From Bacillus subtilis subsp. subtilis str. 168 (GTDB lineage Bacteria > Bacillota > Bacilli > Bacillales > Bacillaceae), in contig NC_000964.3 in assembly GCF_000009045.1 (NCBI RefSeq), positions 1,260,001-1,292,000 on the forward strand: a stretch of DNA of 32,000 nt, read 5' to 3'. The position numbers were made by a program, and so were the translations under genes. Shown piece by piece: positions 1-7,128 of this stretch (the first letter of the stretch is position 1; every line of letters starts with the position of its first letter). The notes under the pieces are model-generated. The model worked only from the letters and a program-made list of their open reading frames with translations. It was not told where the DNA came from and did not search any database.

Positions 1-1
1 G

Positions 2-778
2 GCGCGGAGCATCAAGCCGAACACAAAGGTCATTTATATGGAGACGCCATCAAATCCGACACTTGGGATTACGGATATTAAAGCAGTTGTTCAGCTTGCA
101 AAAGAAAACGGCTGCCTGACCTTTCTGGACAATACATTCATGACGCCGGCACTGCAGCGTCCGCTTGATCTCGGCGTGGATATTGTACTTCACAGCGCGA
201 CAAAATTCTTAAGCGGACACAGCGATGTGCTCTCAGGTTTGGCTGCTGTCAAAGATGAAGAGCTTGGGAAGCAGCTGTATAAGCTACAAAACGCGTTCGG
301 CGCCGTCCTTGGCGTGCAAGATTGCTGGCTTGTCCTGCGCGGATTAAAAACATTGCAGGTCCGTTTAGAGAAAGCGAGTCAAACAGCTCAGCGGCTTGCG
401 GAATTTTTCCAGAAGCACCCGGCGGTCAAGCGCGTGTATTATCCGGGACTGGCTGATCATCCCGGCGCTGAAACCCATAAAAGCCAGTCAACGGGAGCGG
501 GCGCCGTGCTATCTTTTGAGCTTGAAAGCAAAGAGGCCGTTAAGAAGTTAGTCGAGAATGTGTCACTCCCAGTCTTCGCTGTCAGCCTTGGCGCCGTGGA
601 ATCGATTTTGTCCTATCCGGCAACGATGTCTCATGCGGCAATGCCTAAGGAAGAGCGTGAAAAACGCGGTATCACTGATGGCCTGCTCCGTCTGAGTGTC
701 GGCGTCGAACATGCAGACGATTTAGAACACGATTTCGAACAAGCGCTGAAAGAAATTGCTCCAGTTTCGGTTCGTTAA
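2..778 (+). CDS. metC: Cystathionine beta-lyase, C-terminal part (5' end outside window)
   Basis: The frame is open from base 2 (ARSIKPNTKVIYMETPSNP...), so the listed ATG at 38 is internal. It is the C-terminal domain of a Cys/Met-metabolism PLP enzyme, and it sits next to yjcK/yjcL as in B. subtilis 168. Confidence 0.85.
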   Translation, partial: ARSIKPNTKVIYMETPSNPTLGITDIKAVVQLAKENGCLTFLDNTFMTPALQRPLDLGVDIVLHSATKFLSGHSDVLSGLAAVKDEELGKQLYKLQNAFGAVLGVQDCWLVLRGLKTLQVRLEKASQTAQRLAEFFQKHPAVKRVYYPGLADHPGAETHKSQSTGAGAVLSFELESKEAVKKLVENVSLPVFAVSLGAVESILSYPATMSHAAMPKEEREKRGITDGLLRLSVGVEHADDLEHDFEQALKEIAPVSVR

Positions 779-809
779 AAAAGAAGCCGGGGATAGTCCG
801 GCTTCTTTT
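777..809. terminator. Bidirectional intrinsic terminator between metC and yjcK
   Basis: aaaagaagccgg / ccggcttctttt stem with a 7-nt loop, flanked by an A-run and a T-run, between convergent genes. Confidence 0.8.
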
Positions 810-810
810 A

Positions 811-1356
811 TTATTGTTCGTCATCAGGATTCAGAATCGCGAGGACTTGATGATCCTCCCAAACGCCATTAATTTTTACATTTTTTCGGGCGATGCCTTC
901 TTTATGAAATCCCGCTTTTTCTAAAACACGCATGGACCCGAGATTACGGGGCATCACACCGGCTTCAATCCGATGCAGTTTCAATTCGTGGAACGCATAA
1001 TCAACAACCAATCTGACTGCCTCTGTCATAATGCCCTTTCCATTATGGGCTTTGTCTAAAAAATACCCGATGAACGCAGTTTGCAGCGCGCCACGGATGA
1101 TTTGAAAGAGCGAAACCGTCCCGATTAATCTATCGTCTGACGCTGTAAAGATGCCAAAATGATATTCTTCATCTTTCTCAAGTCTTTCCTGATACTCGGT
1201 TATTCGTTTTCTTTGCCCCTCAACCGTATAGTAATCGTCTGCGCGTATCATAGAAAACTGTTCGAAAAAATCTCGATTTTCGCTTTGCAGCCCCAGATTT
1301 TCTTCGGCATCCGTTACTTCTAAAGGTCTAACATAAATGGTTTTTCCTTTTAACAT
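811..1356 (-). CDS. yjcK: GNAT family N-acetyltransferase (RimJ/RimL-like)
   Basis: 181-aa ORF with a typical GNAT core (..QTAFIGYFLDKAHNGKGIMTEA..YAF..L.LHRIEA.V...N..S..VLEKAGF). Recognised from the 168 gene order. Confidence 0.85.
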   Translation of the reverse strand: MLKGKTIYVRPLEVTDAEENLGLQSENRDFFEQFSMIRADDYYTVEGQRKRITEYQERLEKDEEYHFGIFTASDDRLIGTVSLFQIIRGALQTAFIGYFLDKAHNGKGIMTEAVRLVVDYAFHELKLHRIEAGVMPRNLGSMRVLEKAGFHKEGIARKNVKINGVWEDHQVLAILNPDDEQ

Positions 1357-1425
1357 ATAGTGATCTCTCCGTTCTCATGTCAGCATTCCTCTTACATTAT
1401 TCTCAGGGAAATGCAAATATCCTTT

Positions 1426-2616
1426 TTATAAGAAGGAAGAAAACCAATTTCCCATAAAAGTGCCAACATAGTTGCCGATTAAGTAGCCGAGCGTACCGAC
1501 AAGCATGATCGGGGCGACAAGCTCCCGCCATCCCTTGGCAATTGCCATCGCAGCCGCAGTCGTCGGTCCCCCGACAGTAGCGTTGACGGCGAGCAGAATT
1601 TCTTCAAGCCGCACACGGAACAATTTTCCGGCAGCTAAGGAAACCGCTAAATTGCTAATCGCAATGATAAACACGAATAATAGAATAAGAGGCGCATTCG
1701 TGACGATTAAGCGGAGATCTGCAGGAATGCCGATCACCACAAAAAACAAATAAATCAAAAAGGTTCCAAGCTCCTGAGATCCATTGAGCCTTTCAAAAAA
1801 ACGCGGGAAAAGAAAAATGATAAGAACAGTTAAAGACGTAAGAACCAGGTACTGATCGCCAAGCGTACCGGTCAGCAGGGGATGAGAAAAAATGCTTTTA
1901 AAATAACCGGAAACCTTCATACTAACCGCAACAAGCGCGAAAGCGGCACCGGCATTAAAAGCGATATCCTTTAAGGAAATATCCTTCCGTTTCCAATAGC
2001 TTTCAGCACTGTTTCCGCTGTTTCCATCGGCTTTTACCTTCTCTTCAAACGGCATGGCATAATGCCGCTGAAACCATTTGAGTGCAGGAATGCTGATTAA
2101 AATAAAAAACAAAAGCGCCATCATAAAATTATCAGCCACAACGGTAGCCGACACATATTCACCAGGCGTCTCAAATTTTGCCGCCATCGCCGCAAAGTTG
2201 ACCCCGCCGCCGATATAAGAGGCGCTGATCATCCCACCGATTTTATCTAAGTAAGGAATATGCTGTTTGAGTAGAAAAAAAGCCAGGATACTGCCAAGCA
2301 CTGTTCCAACGGAGCTAATCAGAAAAATAAACAGCAAACGCCTGCTTTCCTTAAAAATTTGCCTAACATTGATCTGAAACAATAAAAGTGGTATCGCCAG
2401 CGGTACCACATAAGACCACACAGTGTCATACACGGGCGACTCAACAGGAAGCACTCCTACATTTGTAAACACCATAGCACCTGCAAGGGCGATAATAGCG
2501 CCCGACACAGCAGACGCCCACTTAAAGCGCTGCTCCAGCCCGATGCTCACTGCCGCCCACACCGCAATAAACCCCCATAATACCCATACATCATCAGAAG
2601 AAATCAAAGAATGCAA
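1426..2616 (-). CDS. yjcL: Polytopic membrane protein (DUF819-like putative transporter)
   Basis: 396-aa highly hydrophobic ORF. TTG start preceded by GAGGTGATGG. The ORFs on the opposite strand inside it are antisense artefacts. Confidence 0.85.
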   Translation of the reverse strand: MHSLISSDDVWVLWGFIAVWAAVSIGLEQRFKWASAVSGAIIALAGAMVFTNVGVLPVESPVYDTVWSYVVPLAIPLLLFQINVRQIFKESRRLLFIFLISSVGTVLGSILAFFLLKQHIPYLDKIGGMISASYIGGGVNFAAMAAKFETPGEYVSATVVADNFMMALLFFILISIPALKWFQRHYAMPFEEKVKADGNSGNSAESYWKRKDISLKDIAFNAGAAFALVAVSMKVSGYFKSIFSHPLLTGTLGDQYLVLTSLTVLIIFLFPRFFERLNGSQELGTFLIYLFFVVIGIPADLRLIVTNAPLILLFVFIIAISNLAVSLAAGKLFRVRLEEILLAVNATVGGPTTAAAMAIAKGWRELVAPIMLVGTLGYLIGNYVGTFMGNWFSSFL

Positions 2617-2710
2617 AACCCCATCACCTCTATTGTTAGAAAATTAAGACATATTATAATAGCCGGGGAACGGAACAGCAAGTCCAAAAAAAGTTTTTCT
2701 AAAAAAGCAG

Positions 2711-2739
2711 TTGACGAATAGAAGGTAAGGTTATATAAT
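2711..2739 (+). promoter_or_regulatory. Sigma-A promoter of the tRNA-Val gene
   Basis: TTGACG (2711-2716), 17-nt spacer, TATAAT (2734-2739), about 50 nt upstream of the mature tRNA 5' end. Confidence 0.75.
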
Positions 2740-2788
2740 AGAACTTGTCAGAAAGATAACAACATACCCAGCAACACATACATATCAT

Positions 2789-2861
2789 GATTCCGTAGCT
2801 CAGCTGGGAGAGCGCTACCTTGACAGGGTAGAGGTCGCTGGTTCGAGCCCAGTCGGAATCA
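2789..2861 (+). tRNA. trnSL-Val2: tRNA-Val (anticodon GAC), no encoded CCA
   Basis: Cloverleaf read by eye: acceptor GATTCCG/CGGAATC, D-arm GCTCAGCTGGGAGAGC, anticodon loop CTTGACA, T-arm GCTGGTTCGAGCCCAGT, discriminator A. The following bases are TAG, not CCA. Confidence 0.95.
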
Positions 2862-2867
2862 TAGCTT

Positions 2868-2893
2868 AAACCCTTGCGCAGCAAGGGTTTTTT
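2868..2893 (+). terminator. Intrinsic terminator after tRNA-Val
   Basis: aaacccttgc-gca-gcaagggttt followed by a T-run. Confidence 0.85.
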
Positions 2894-2932
2894 ACTTTGC
2901 GTTAATAAAGCCGGTTCGTCAAATTCGTGAGT

Positions 2933-2953
2933 TGTTGGCGAACTGTTGGCGAA
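2933..2953. repeat. Tandem direct repeat TGTTGGCGAA-c-TGTTGGCGAA
   Basis: Two identical 10-mers (2933-2942 and 2944-2953) separated by 1 nt, about 40 nt downstream of the tRNA terminator. Confidence 0.9.
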
Positions 2954-3068
2954 ATTCATTGACCGCAGTCCAAAAACTACCTCCAAACTTACTTGATTAG
3001 TTCAATAGTAACAAACGGAAGATCGGATTTCTGTTAAATCTTCATTGAGAATAGCCAGTCCAAGACCG

Positions 3069-3298
3069 TCACTTCAGCCATGCATCTTTTAAATGAAATT
3101 TTGTACTGAAAACATCAATTGTATTTTTAAATTCTGCTCTAGAATCAGCCCCTTTATAATAATCTTGATAAATTGCTTGGGGTGATACTGATTCGTGATT
3201 TGTGCTATGGTTTGCAAGGCTTGTAGCAAAAGCAGGAGCAACAGTAACGAGTAAAGCAAGGGATAATGCAAAACCAGTTAAAGCTTTTTCAATTTCAT
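3069..3298 (-). pseudogene. Frameshifted gene for a small secreted protein
   Basis: ATG at 3298 gives MKLKK, then a stop. Shifting one base in the A5 run (plus-strand T5 at 3285-3289) gives MKLKKALTGFALSLALLVTVAPAFA/TSLANHSTNHESVSPQAIYQDYYKGADSRAEFKNTIDVFSTKFHLKDAWLK*, a clean Sec signal peptide plus a mature part. The span is 230 nt, which is not a multiple of 3. Confidence 0.6.
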
Positions 3299-3397
3299 TT
3301 TAAGCACTTCTTTTTTTAAAATACAACTTTATTATTAAATGGAATACAAAAACATCCAAGGTGTTTTTTTGTTAGTAAGTTGAGTTAGGGGGATTGG

Positions 3398-3631
3398 ATG
3401 GCACTTAGAATATTGTTTCTGCTGATGGGATGTTGATTCTGGATATATTTCCAACACGATTACAGGCCGGACATGAAAGCGAACCTTGCTTTGATCGGGG
3501 CAATCATTTCATTTACGGCTGCGGTTTACTTTAAAGATATTGATGTATTGAGAGAAGAGGGAAAACAAATGAACGGAATTTCTGAGCGTTGGAACACGTT
3601 TAAATTACAAAAATCCCCTGAACCACTCTAG
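3398..3631 (+). pseudogene. Small two-TM membrane protein ORF interrupted by an in-frame TGA (downstream part is an intact 52-codon ORF, 3473-3631)
   Basis: ATG 3398 after AGGGGGA. It reads MALRILFLLMGC-TGA(3434-3436)-FWIYFQHDYRPDMKANLALIGAIISFTAAVYFKDIDVLREEGKQMNGISERWNTFKLQKSPEPL*, all in one frame. Confidence 0.4.
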
Positions 3632-3642
3632 ATCAGGGGATT
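3603..3642 (-). terminator. Intrinsic terminator of yjcM (minus strand)
   Basis: tcccctga (3614-3621) pairs with tcagggga (3633-3640). On the minus strand the stem is followed by TTTTGTAATTT. Confidence 0.75.
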
Positions 3643-3701
3643 GCTTTCCCAACAGCTTATTAAGTAGCGGAAGGCATGATCAACGATTTAGTATCAATTT
3701 A

Positions 3702-4931
3702 TTAATTGCGAATACTAGAAACATACCGTTTTCCGCCTTCCTTAGAAGTAACATATTCTCGAGGAACATTAAGTCTATTGGTAGAATGATAACTTACATA
3801 AAGTTTCATATTTGCTCGGCTCGTTACGATAGCCGTATGATCCATCCAACCATCAGCATAGCGAAGACCTATTTTATTATGGTAATCATAGTGATATACA
3901 TCTCCAAGCTTTACATTTGAATATGTATCAGAAACAGTCTTCATTTTTATTCCGCCAGCTTTTAAAATGTATGATCTAAAGGCTCCTGCATTAACCCAAG
4001 CATCTGTATAGGGTTTCCATTCTTTAAAGTACGGCATTCTTCCAGCTCTTAATGCTTGGGAAACAAAGTTAGTACAATCTTTGTCTTTATAATATTTATA
4101 GTTTTTATTTGGTTTTAAGGCATATTTTTCTGCATATTTCATTGCAGCGTAACCACTATATCCTTTAACAGATGTTGCAGTCACAGTTAGTTGATTAGAG
4201 TTAGCAGCATTGAAGTTCATACTTACTGGTTTATCTTCACTTTTCACTTCTTCTTTATCATCATTTTTCACTTCTTGCTTATATTTTTTTAAAAATTCAT
4301 CTAATTTAACATCCGAAGAATATTCTTCATCATTTTCATATTGTAGAGTTGAAGAAGAATTATTTAATTGTGTTACATTTAGTTGCTTAGAAGAATTACT
4401 CAATGGTATTACATTTAGTTGATTAGAAGAATTTTTAACTTGAGAGAAACTTAGATTAGAAGTATTTGTTGATTGAGAACTTTGTTTATTAGAAGTTGTT
4501 TTGGGAATTTCAAGTTTAATATTATCGCCCAGAGATGTTGTTACTTTTTCAACACCAAAAACAAAGTTTCGAGTAATATAAGCTTCAACAATTAGCTTAT
4601 TGTTTTTTTCAGAAGTCTTAACATCGTCTATATCGTATGTAAACTCGTGGAATTTTTGTTTGTCCACTTTACTTAACGCAGAATACAGTAAGACTCCTTC
4701 GTCGGAATCAGTCAATTTAGACTCTTTAGGATGCGCTAAAGGAGTGTTGTGTTCAAAATCATATTTTTGTTGTTCTAACATATCCTTAACTTTTTCGTAA
4801 CCAATCTCGTTGGTAATTGAAACATTTTCTTTAGTCTCTTTATTAGTAGTGGCTGCAAAAACTTCATTTGTTGACACTAATGGTGACAATGATAGACATA
4901 AAACTAGTGAAGCAAGTAATTCTTTTTTCAT
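3702..4931 (-). CDS. yjcM: Secreted protein with a C-terminal putative amidase domain (Amidase_6, NlpC/P60-like Cys-His fold)
   Basis: GGAGGT SD. Signal peptide MKKELLASLVLCLSLSPLVSTNEVFA. S/N/Q-rich linker with repeated QLNV units. C-terminal DCTNFVSQALRAG ... DHTAIV motifs. Very AT-rich. Confidence 0.85.
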   Translation of the reverse strand: MKKELLASLVLCLSLSPLVSTNEVFAATTNKETKENVSITNEIGYEKVKDMLEQQKYDFEHNTPLAHPKESKLTDSDEGVLLYSALSKVDKQKFHEFTYDIDDVKTSEKNNKLIVEAYITRNFVFGVEKVTTSLGDNIKLEIPKTTSNKQSSQSTNTSNLSFSQVKNSSNQLNVIPLSNSSKQLNVTQLNNSSSTLQYENDEEYSSDVKLDEFLKKYKQEVKNDDKEEVKSEDKPVSMNFNAANSNQLTVTATSVKGYSGYAAMKYAEKYALKPNKNYKYYKDKDCTNFVSQALRAGRMPYFKEWKPYTDAWVNAGAFRSYILKAGGIKMKTVSDTYSNVKLGDVYHYDYHNKIGLRYADGWMDHTAIVTSRANMKLYVSYHSTNRLNVPREYVTSKEGGKRYVSSIRN

Positions 4932-5056
4932 ACGAAACCTCCAATAAAATCTAAATATAAGTAATATTTATCATTTACACCAATTGAAATATGGCATAAA
5001 ATACATGTAATAATATAACATAAAAATAAATACATAAAAAGGTATCGGAGGAAAAA

Positions 5057-5377
5057 ATGAAAAAGAAAACTAAAATTATACTTTCTCTCTTGGCAGCACT
5101 TATTGTTATATTGATAGTACTTCCAGTTCTATCTCCTGTTGTCTTTACAGCTTCTTCGGAAAAAGGAGCAATCAGACACGAAATTTATAAAAGAGGATAT
5201 CCCTACCAAAGCTACTTTGCAGTTCTCCAGAAAAGAGAAGGAGACAATGAATCTGGGAATCTTTATTATGTAAATTGGCTAGATTGGAAAGATGAAACAG
5301 GGCAAACTCCTCACTTATGCTATTCGAAAAAATCATCAGATGGTGAATACGAAGTAAGTTGTGGCACAGGGCCGTAA
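5057..5377 (+). CDS. yjcN: Small N-terminally membrane-anchored protein, unknown function
   Basis: GGAGGA SD 4 nt before the ATG. One N-terminal TM/signal anchor (IILSLLAALIVILIVLPVL). Divergent from yjcM. Confidence 0.75.
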   Translation: MKKKTKIILSLLAALIVILIVLPVLSPVVFTASSEKGAIRHEIYKRGYPYQSYFAVLQKREGDNESGNLYYVNWLDWKDETGQTPHLCYSKKSSDGEYEVSCGTGP

Positions 5378-5419
5378 AAATAAATTTTAAAATTGAATAA
5401 GTCCAAGACGGAAAGCCTG

Positions 5420-5475
5420 CGGACACTGATCGTTTTACAGAGAAATTTGTGCTTCGATCGGTGTCCGTTTTTTTT
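5420..5475 (+). terminator. Intrinsic terminator after yjcN
   Basis: 12-bp stem ggacactgatcg / cgatcggtgtcc (one G-U pair) with a 22-nt loop, followed by a T8 run. Confidence 0.7.
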
Positions 5476-5529
5476 CGCAACTAACCAGATGTCTATCGCG
5501 ATTACTAGCTATGAAAGGAGTAATTAGAC

Positions 5530-5661
5530 ATGAAACAGTCCAAAAAGAAACCATCACAGAAGCAACATGAGCGCTTAGATCGTTTCTGGCAACAAATGAT
5601 GAACACTAACATGCAAACACTCAGACGTGGCAAAGGCGGCGCTTATAAACGCAGAAAGTAA
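5530..5661 (+). CDS. Small basic phage-remnant protein (43 aa), not in the ORF track
   Basis: AAAGGAG SD 9 nt upstream of the ATG. MKQSKKKPSQKQHERLDRFWQQMMNTNMQTLRRGKGGAYKRRK*. First gene of a tightly packed three-gene unit. Confidence 0.55.
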   Translation: MKQSKKKPSQKQHERLDRFWQQMMNTNMQTLRRGKGGAYKRRK

Positions 5662-5676
5662 AAAGGGAGTTTGAGG

Positions 5677-5850
5677 ATGATGAAAAACGGATTCGCTTAT
5701 AAAAACGGAAAGCTTGTGAATATCTTTTGCGGCAAAGAAGAGCTCTATAACGAGTTGAAAGCCTTCTTGGTCAAAACCTTCAGTATCAACGTGAAAGAGG
5801 TATCGAGGCCCTCAATATATCGCAGAACAAAAAGCAAACAACTGGAATGA
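5677..5850 (+). CDS. Small phage-remnant protein (57 aa), not in the ORF track
   Basis: AAAGGGAG SD 7 nt upstream of the ATG. MMKNGFAYKNGKLVNIFCGKEELYNELKAFLVKTFSINVKEVSRPSIYRRTKSKQLE*. Confidence 0.55.
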   Translation: MMKNGFAYKNGKLVNIFCGKEELYNELKAFLVKTFSINVKEVSRPSIYRRTKSKQLE

Positions 5851-5886
5851 CACTTACTCTATTTAACTATCAGGAGGGAAAGCACT

Positions 5887-6348
5887 ATGACAGATCAAAT
5901 GATTGCATGGGAGATTGAGGAATGGATTCGTGATTATAAATTCATGCTGCGGGAGATCAAAAGGCTCAACCGTGTATTAAACAAAGTGGATTTTATTAGC
6001 ACAAAGCTCACTGCAACATACGGGGAGGAAGCGGGCATGCCAAGGGGATCAGCAGGCGTCAGTCAGGCAGAATTGCGGCAGATGGACCGAAGAGAAAGGC
6101 GGCTTCACAAATATGAATCTATTGTGCATTACCTGGACAATGCAATGGAACACATTGAAGAAGAAAAGCACCGAATCGTTTACGATTGCATGATGGAAGG
6201 CATGAGCTACACTGCTATTGCAAACCACCTTGATTGCTCCCGGGATACCATCAGAAAGATCAAAACAGCCATAATCGGCAACATCGTCAATAAAGTCAAA
6301 GAAGCCAACTTTCTGCAATATTTGAATTCGTTTAAATCGGCGGTGTAA
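5887..6348 (+). CDS. yjcO: Phage late-gene activator, sigma-70 region-4-like (Xpf/ArpU-like)
   Basis: AGGAGGGA SD. 153 aa with a C-terminal HTH ([24 protein letters not shown]) typical of region 4. It is positioned upstream of a terminase gene, as xpf is in PBSX. Confidence 0.7.
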
Positions 6349-6414
6349 AATGGGGGGCAGGATCGGCGCGGCGGATTATTCCTGCGTCACCACCAATTTC
6401 ATACAATGAGTAAA

Positions 6415-6454
6415 ACCTCCCAGTGGTAAGCGAGGATCAACTCAACTGGGAGGT
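6415..6454 (+). other. Perfect 10-bp stem hairpin without a U-tract
   Basis: acctcccagt (6415-6424) pairs with actgggaggt (6445-6454), with a 20-nt loop. It lies between yjcO and the AT-rich insertion. Confidence 0.6.
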
Positions 6455-6563
6455 CTTACATAGTGAATCGGTGATAAAACAGCAGCAGTATTGCGTACAT
6501 GTTAATATCCCCGACAAAATATGTTTTTTTCAACAGATTCGTTCGACAAATTTTGCAAATTGT

Positions 6564-6590
6564 TAATCGATAACTTTTCATTCCCGATAT
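6564..6590 (+). promoter_or_regulatory. Sigma-D-type promoter of yjcP-yjcQ
   Basis: TAAT (6564-6567), 15-nt spacer, CCCGATAT (6583-6590), compared with the consensus TAAA-N15-GCCGATAT. It lies inside the over-extended ORF 6521..7117. Confidence 0.6.
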
Positions 6591-6613
6591 TAAAAATGGG
6601 AGTGAATTGTAAA

Positions 6614-7117
6614 ATGAAAAAACAGAAAAATAATAAAAAGAAGAATATTGAAAAGCGAAATATTGAAAAGCGAAATATTGAAGAGAAGAATAATGAGGAC
6701 TTAGAAGAACTGGAAAATGCGATTTATACTTATCACAAAAAGGAGCTACTTGCTTTCTTTCTTGAAAAAACTCGAATTGGTCATGATAAGGAAGAATACA
6801 AAAGGTTCCAATCTCTTCTTTATAAGTTGGATATTGAATGTTTAGAATTTGCTATATCGAGATTTTCTCATATAGATATTATCCATGATCATTCAAAATA
6901 TGTTCCAGCCTTTATCCCTTTATTTGCAGCATATCTCACCATGTTCTTTAATTTTTATGAAAAACATTGGGGAGCTTTATCTTTTGCTGCTGGTACAATT
7001 GCTGCTATTGTTTGGATAATTGCAGTAGAAAGAAAACATAGAAATCAAGCAATTTCTATTATGAAAATATTTGAACAAGTCAAAGAGAGAAAAGTGAAAG
7101 ACAGATCTAAAGACTGA
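6614..7117 (+). CDS. yjcP: Membrane protein with a K/E-rich repeat N-terminus and two C-terminal TM helices
   Basis: ATG 6614 follows GGGAGTG by 9 nt and lies downstream of the sigma-D-type promoter. NIEKR-NIEKR-NIEEK repeat. TM segments VPAFIPLFAAYLTMFFNFY and ALSFAAGTIAAIVWIIAV. Confidence 0.7.
   Translation: MKKQKNNKKKNIEKRNIEKRNIEEKNNEDLEELENAIYTYHKKELLAFFLEKTRIGHDKEEYKRFQSLLYKLDIECLEFAISRFSHIDIIHDHSKYVPAFIPLFAAYLTMFFNFYEKHWGALSFAAGTIAAIVWIIAVERKHRNQAISIMKIFEQVKERKVKDRSKD
6644..6688 (+). repeat. 15-bp tandem repeat (2 perfect copies plus 1 diverged) inside yjcP
   Basis: aatattgaaaagcga x2 (6644-6658 and 6659-6673), then aatattgaagagaag. Confidence 0.9.
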
Positions 7118-7128
7118 AAGGAGAAAAT

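Noticed and set aside
1505-2647. Plus-strand ORFs 1505..1753 and 2423..2647
   Set aside because: They are antisense within the hydrophobic yjcL gene, with A/T/S/P-rich mirror translations typical of antisense frames.
2911-2930. ccggttcgtcaaattcg resembling the tRNA T-arm (ctggttcgagcccagtcg) as a possible att remnant
   Set aside because: Only about 8 contiguous matching bases, and I found no second copy at the far end of the island. This is too weak to call an att site.
2699-2986. 95-aa minus-strand ORF
   Set aside because: It runs antisense straight through the tRNA-Val gene, its promoter and its terminator, and it has no SD. It is an artefact.
3089-3271. 60-aa minus-strand ORF with a poly-Leu run
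   Set aside because: It is the wrong reading frame of the frameshifted secreted-protein gene. The neighbouring frame gives a clean signal peptide and a sensible mature sequence.
6521-6613. N-terminal extension of yjcP (listed start 6521)
   Set aside because: The sigma-D-type promoter (6564-6590) lies inside it, and the SD-preceded ATG is at 6614.
6644-6688. Possible CRISPR-like repeats
   Set aside because: The units are 15 bp, directly tandem with no spacers, and in frame within a CDS. No CRISPR array or cas gene is present anywhere in the window.
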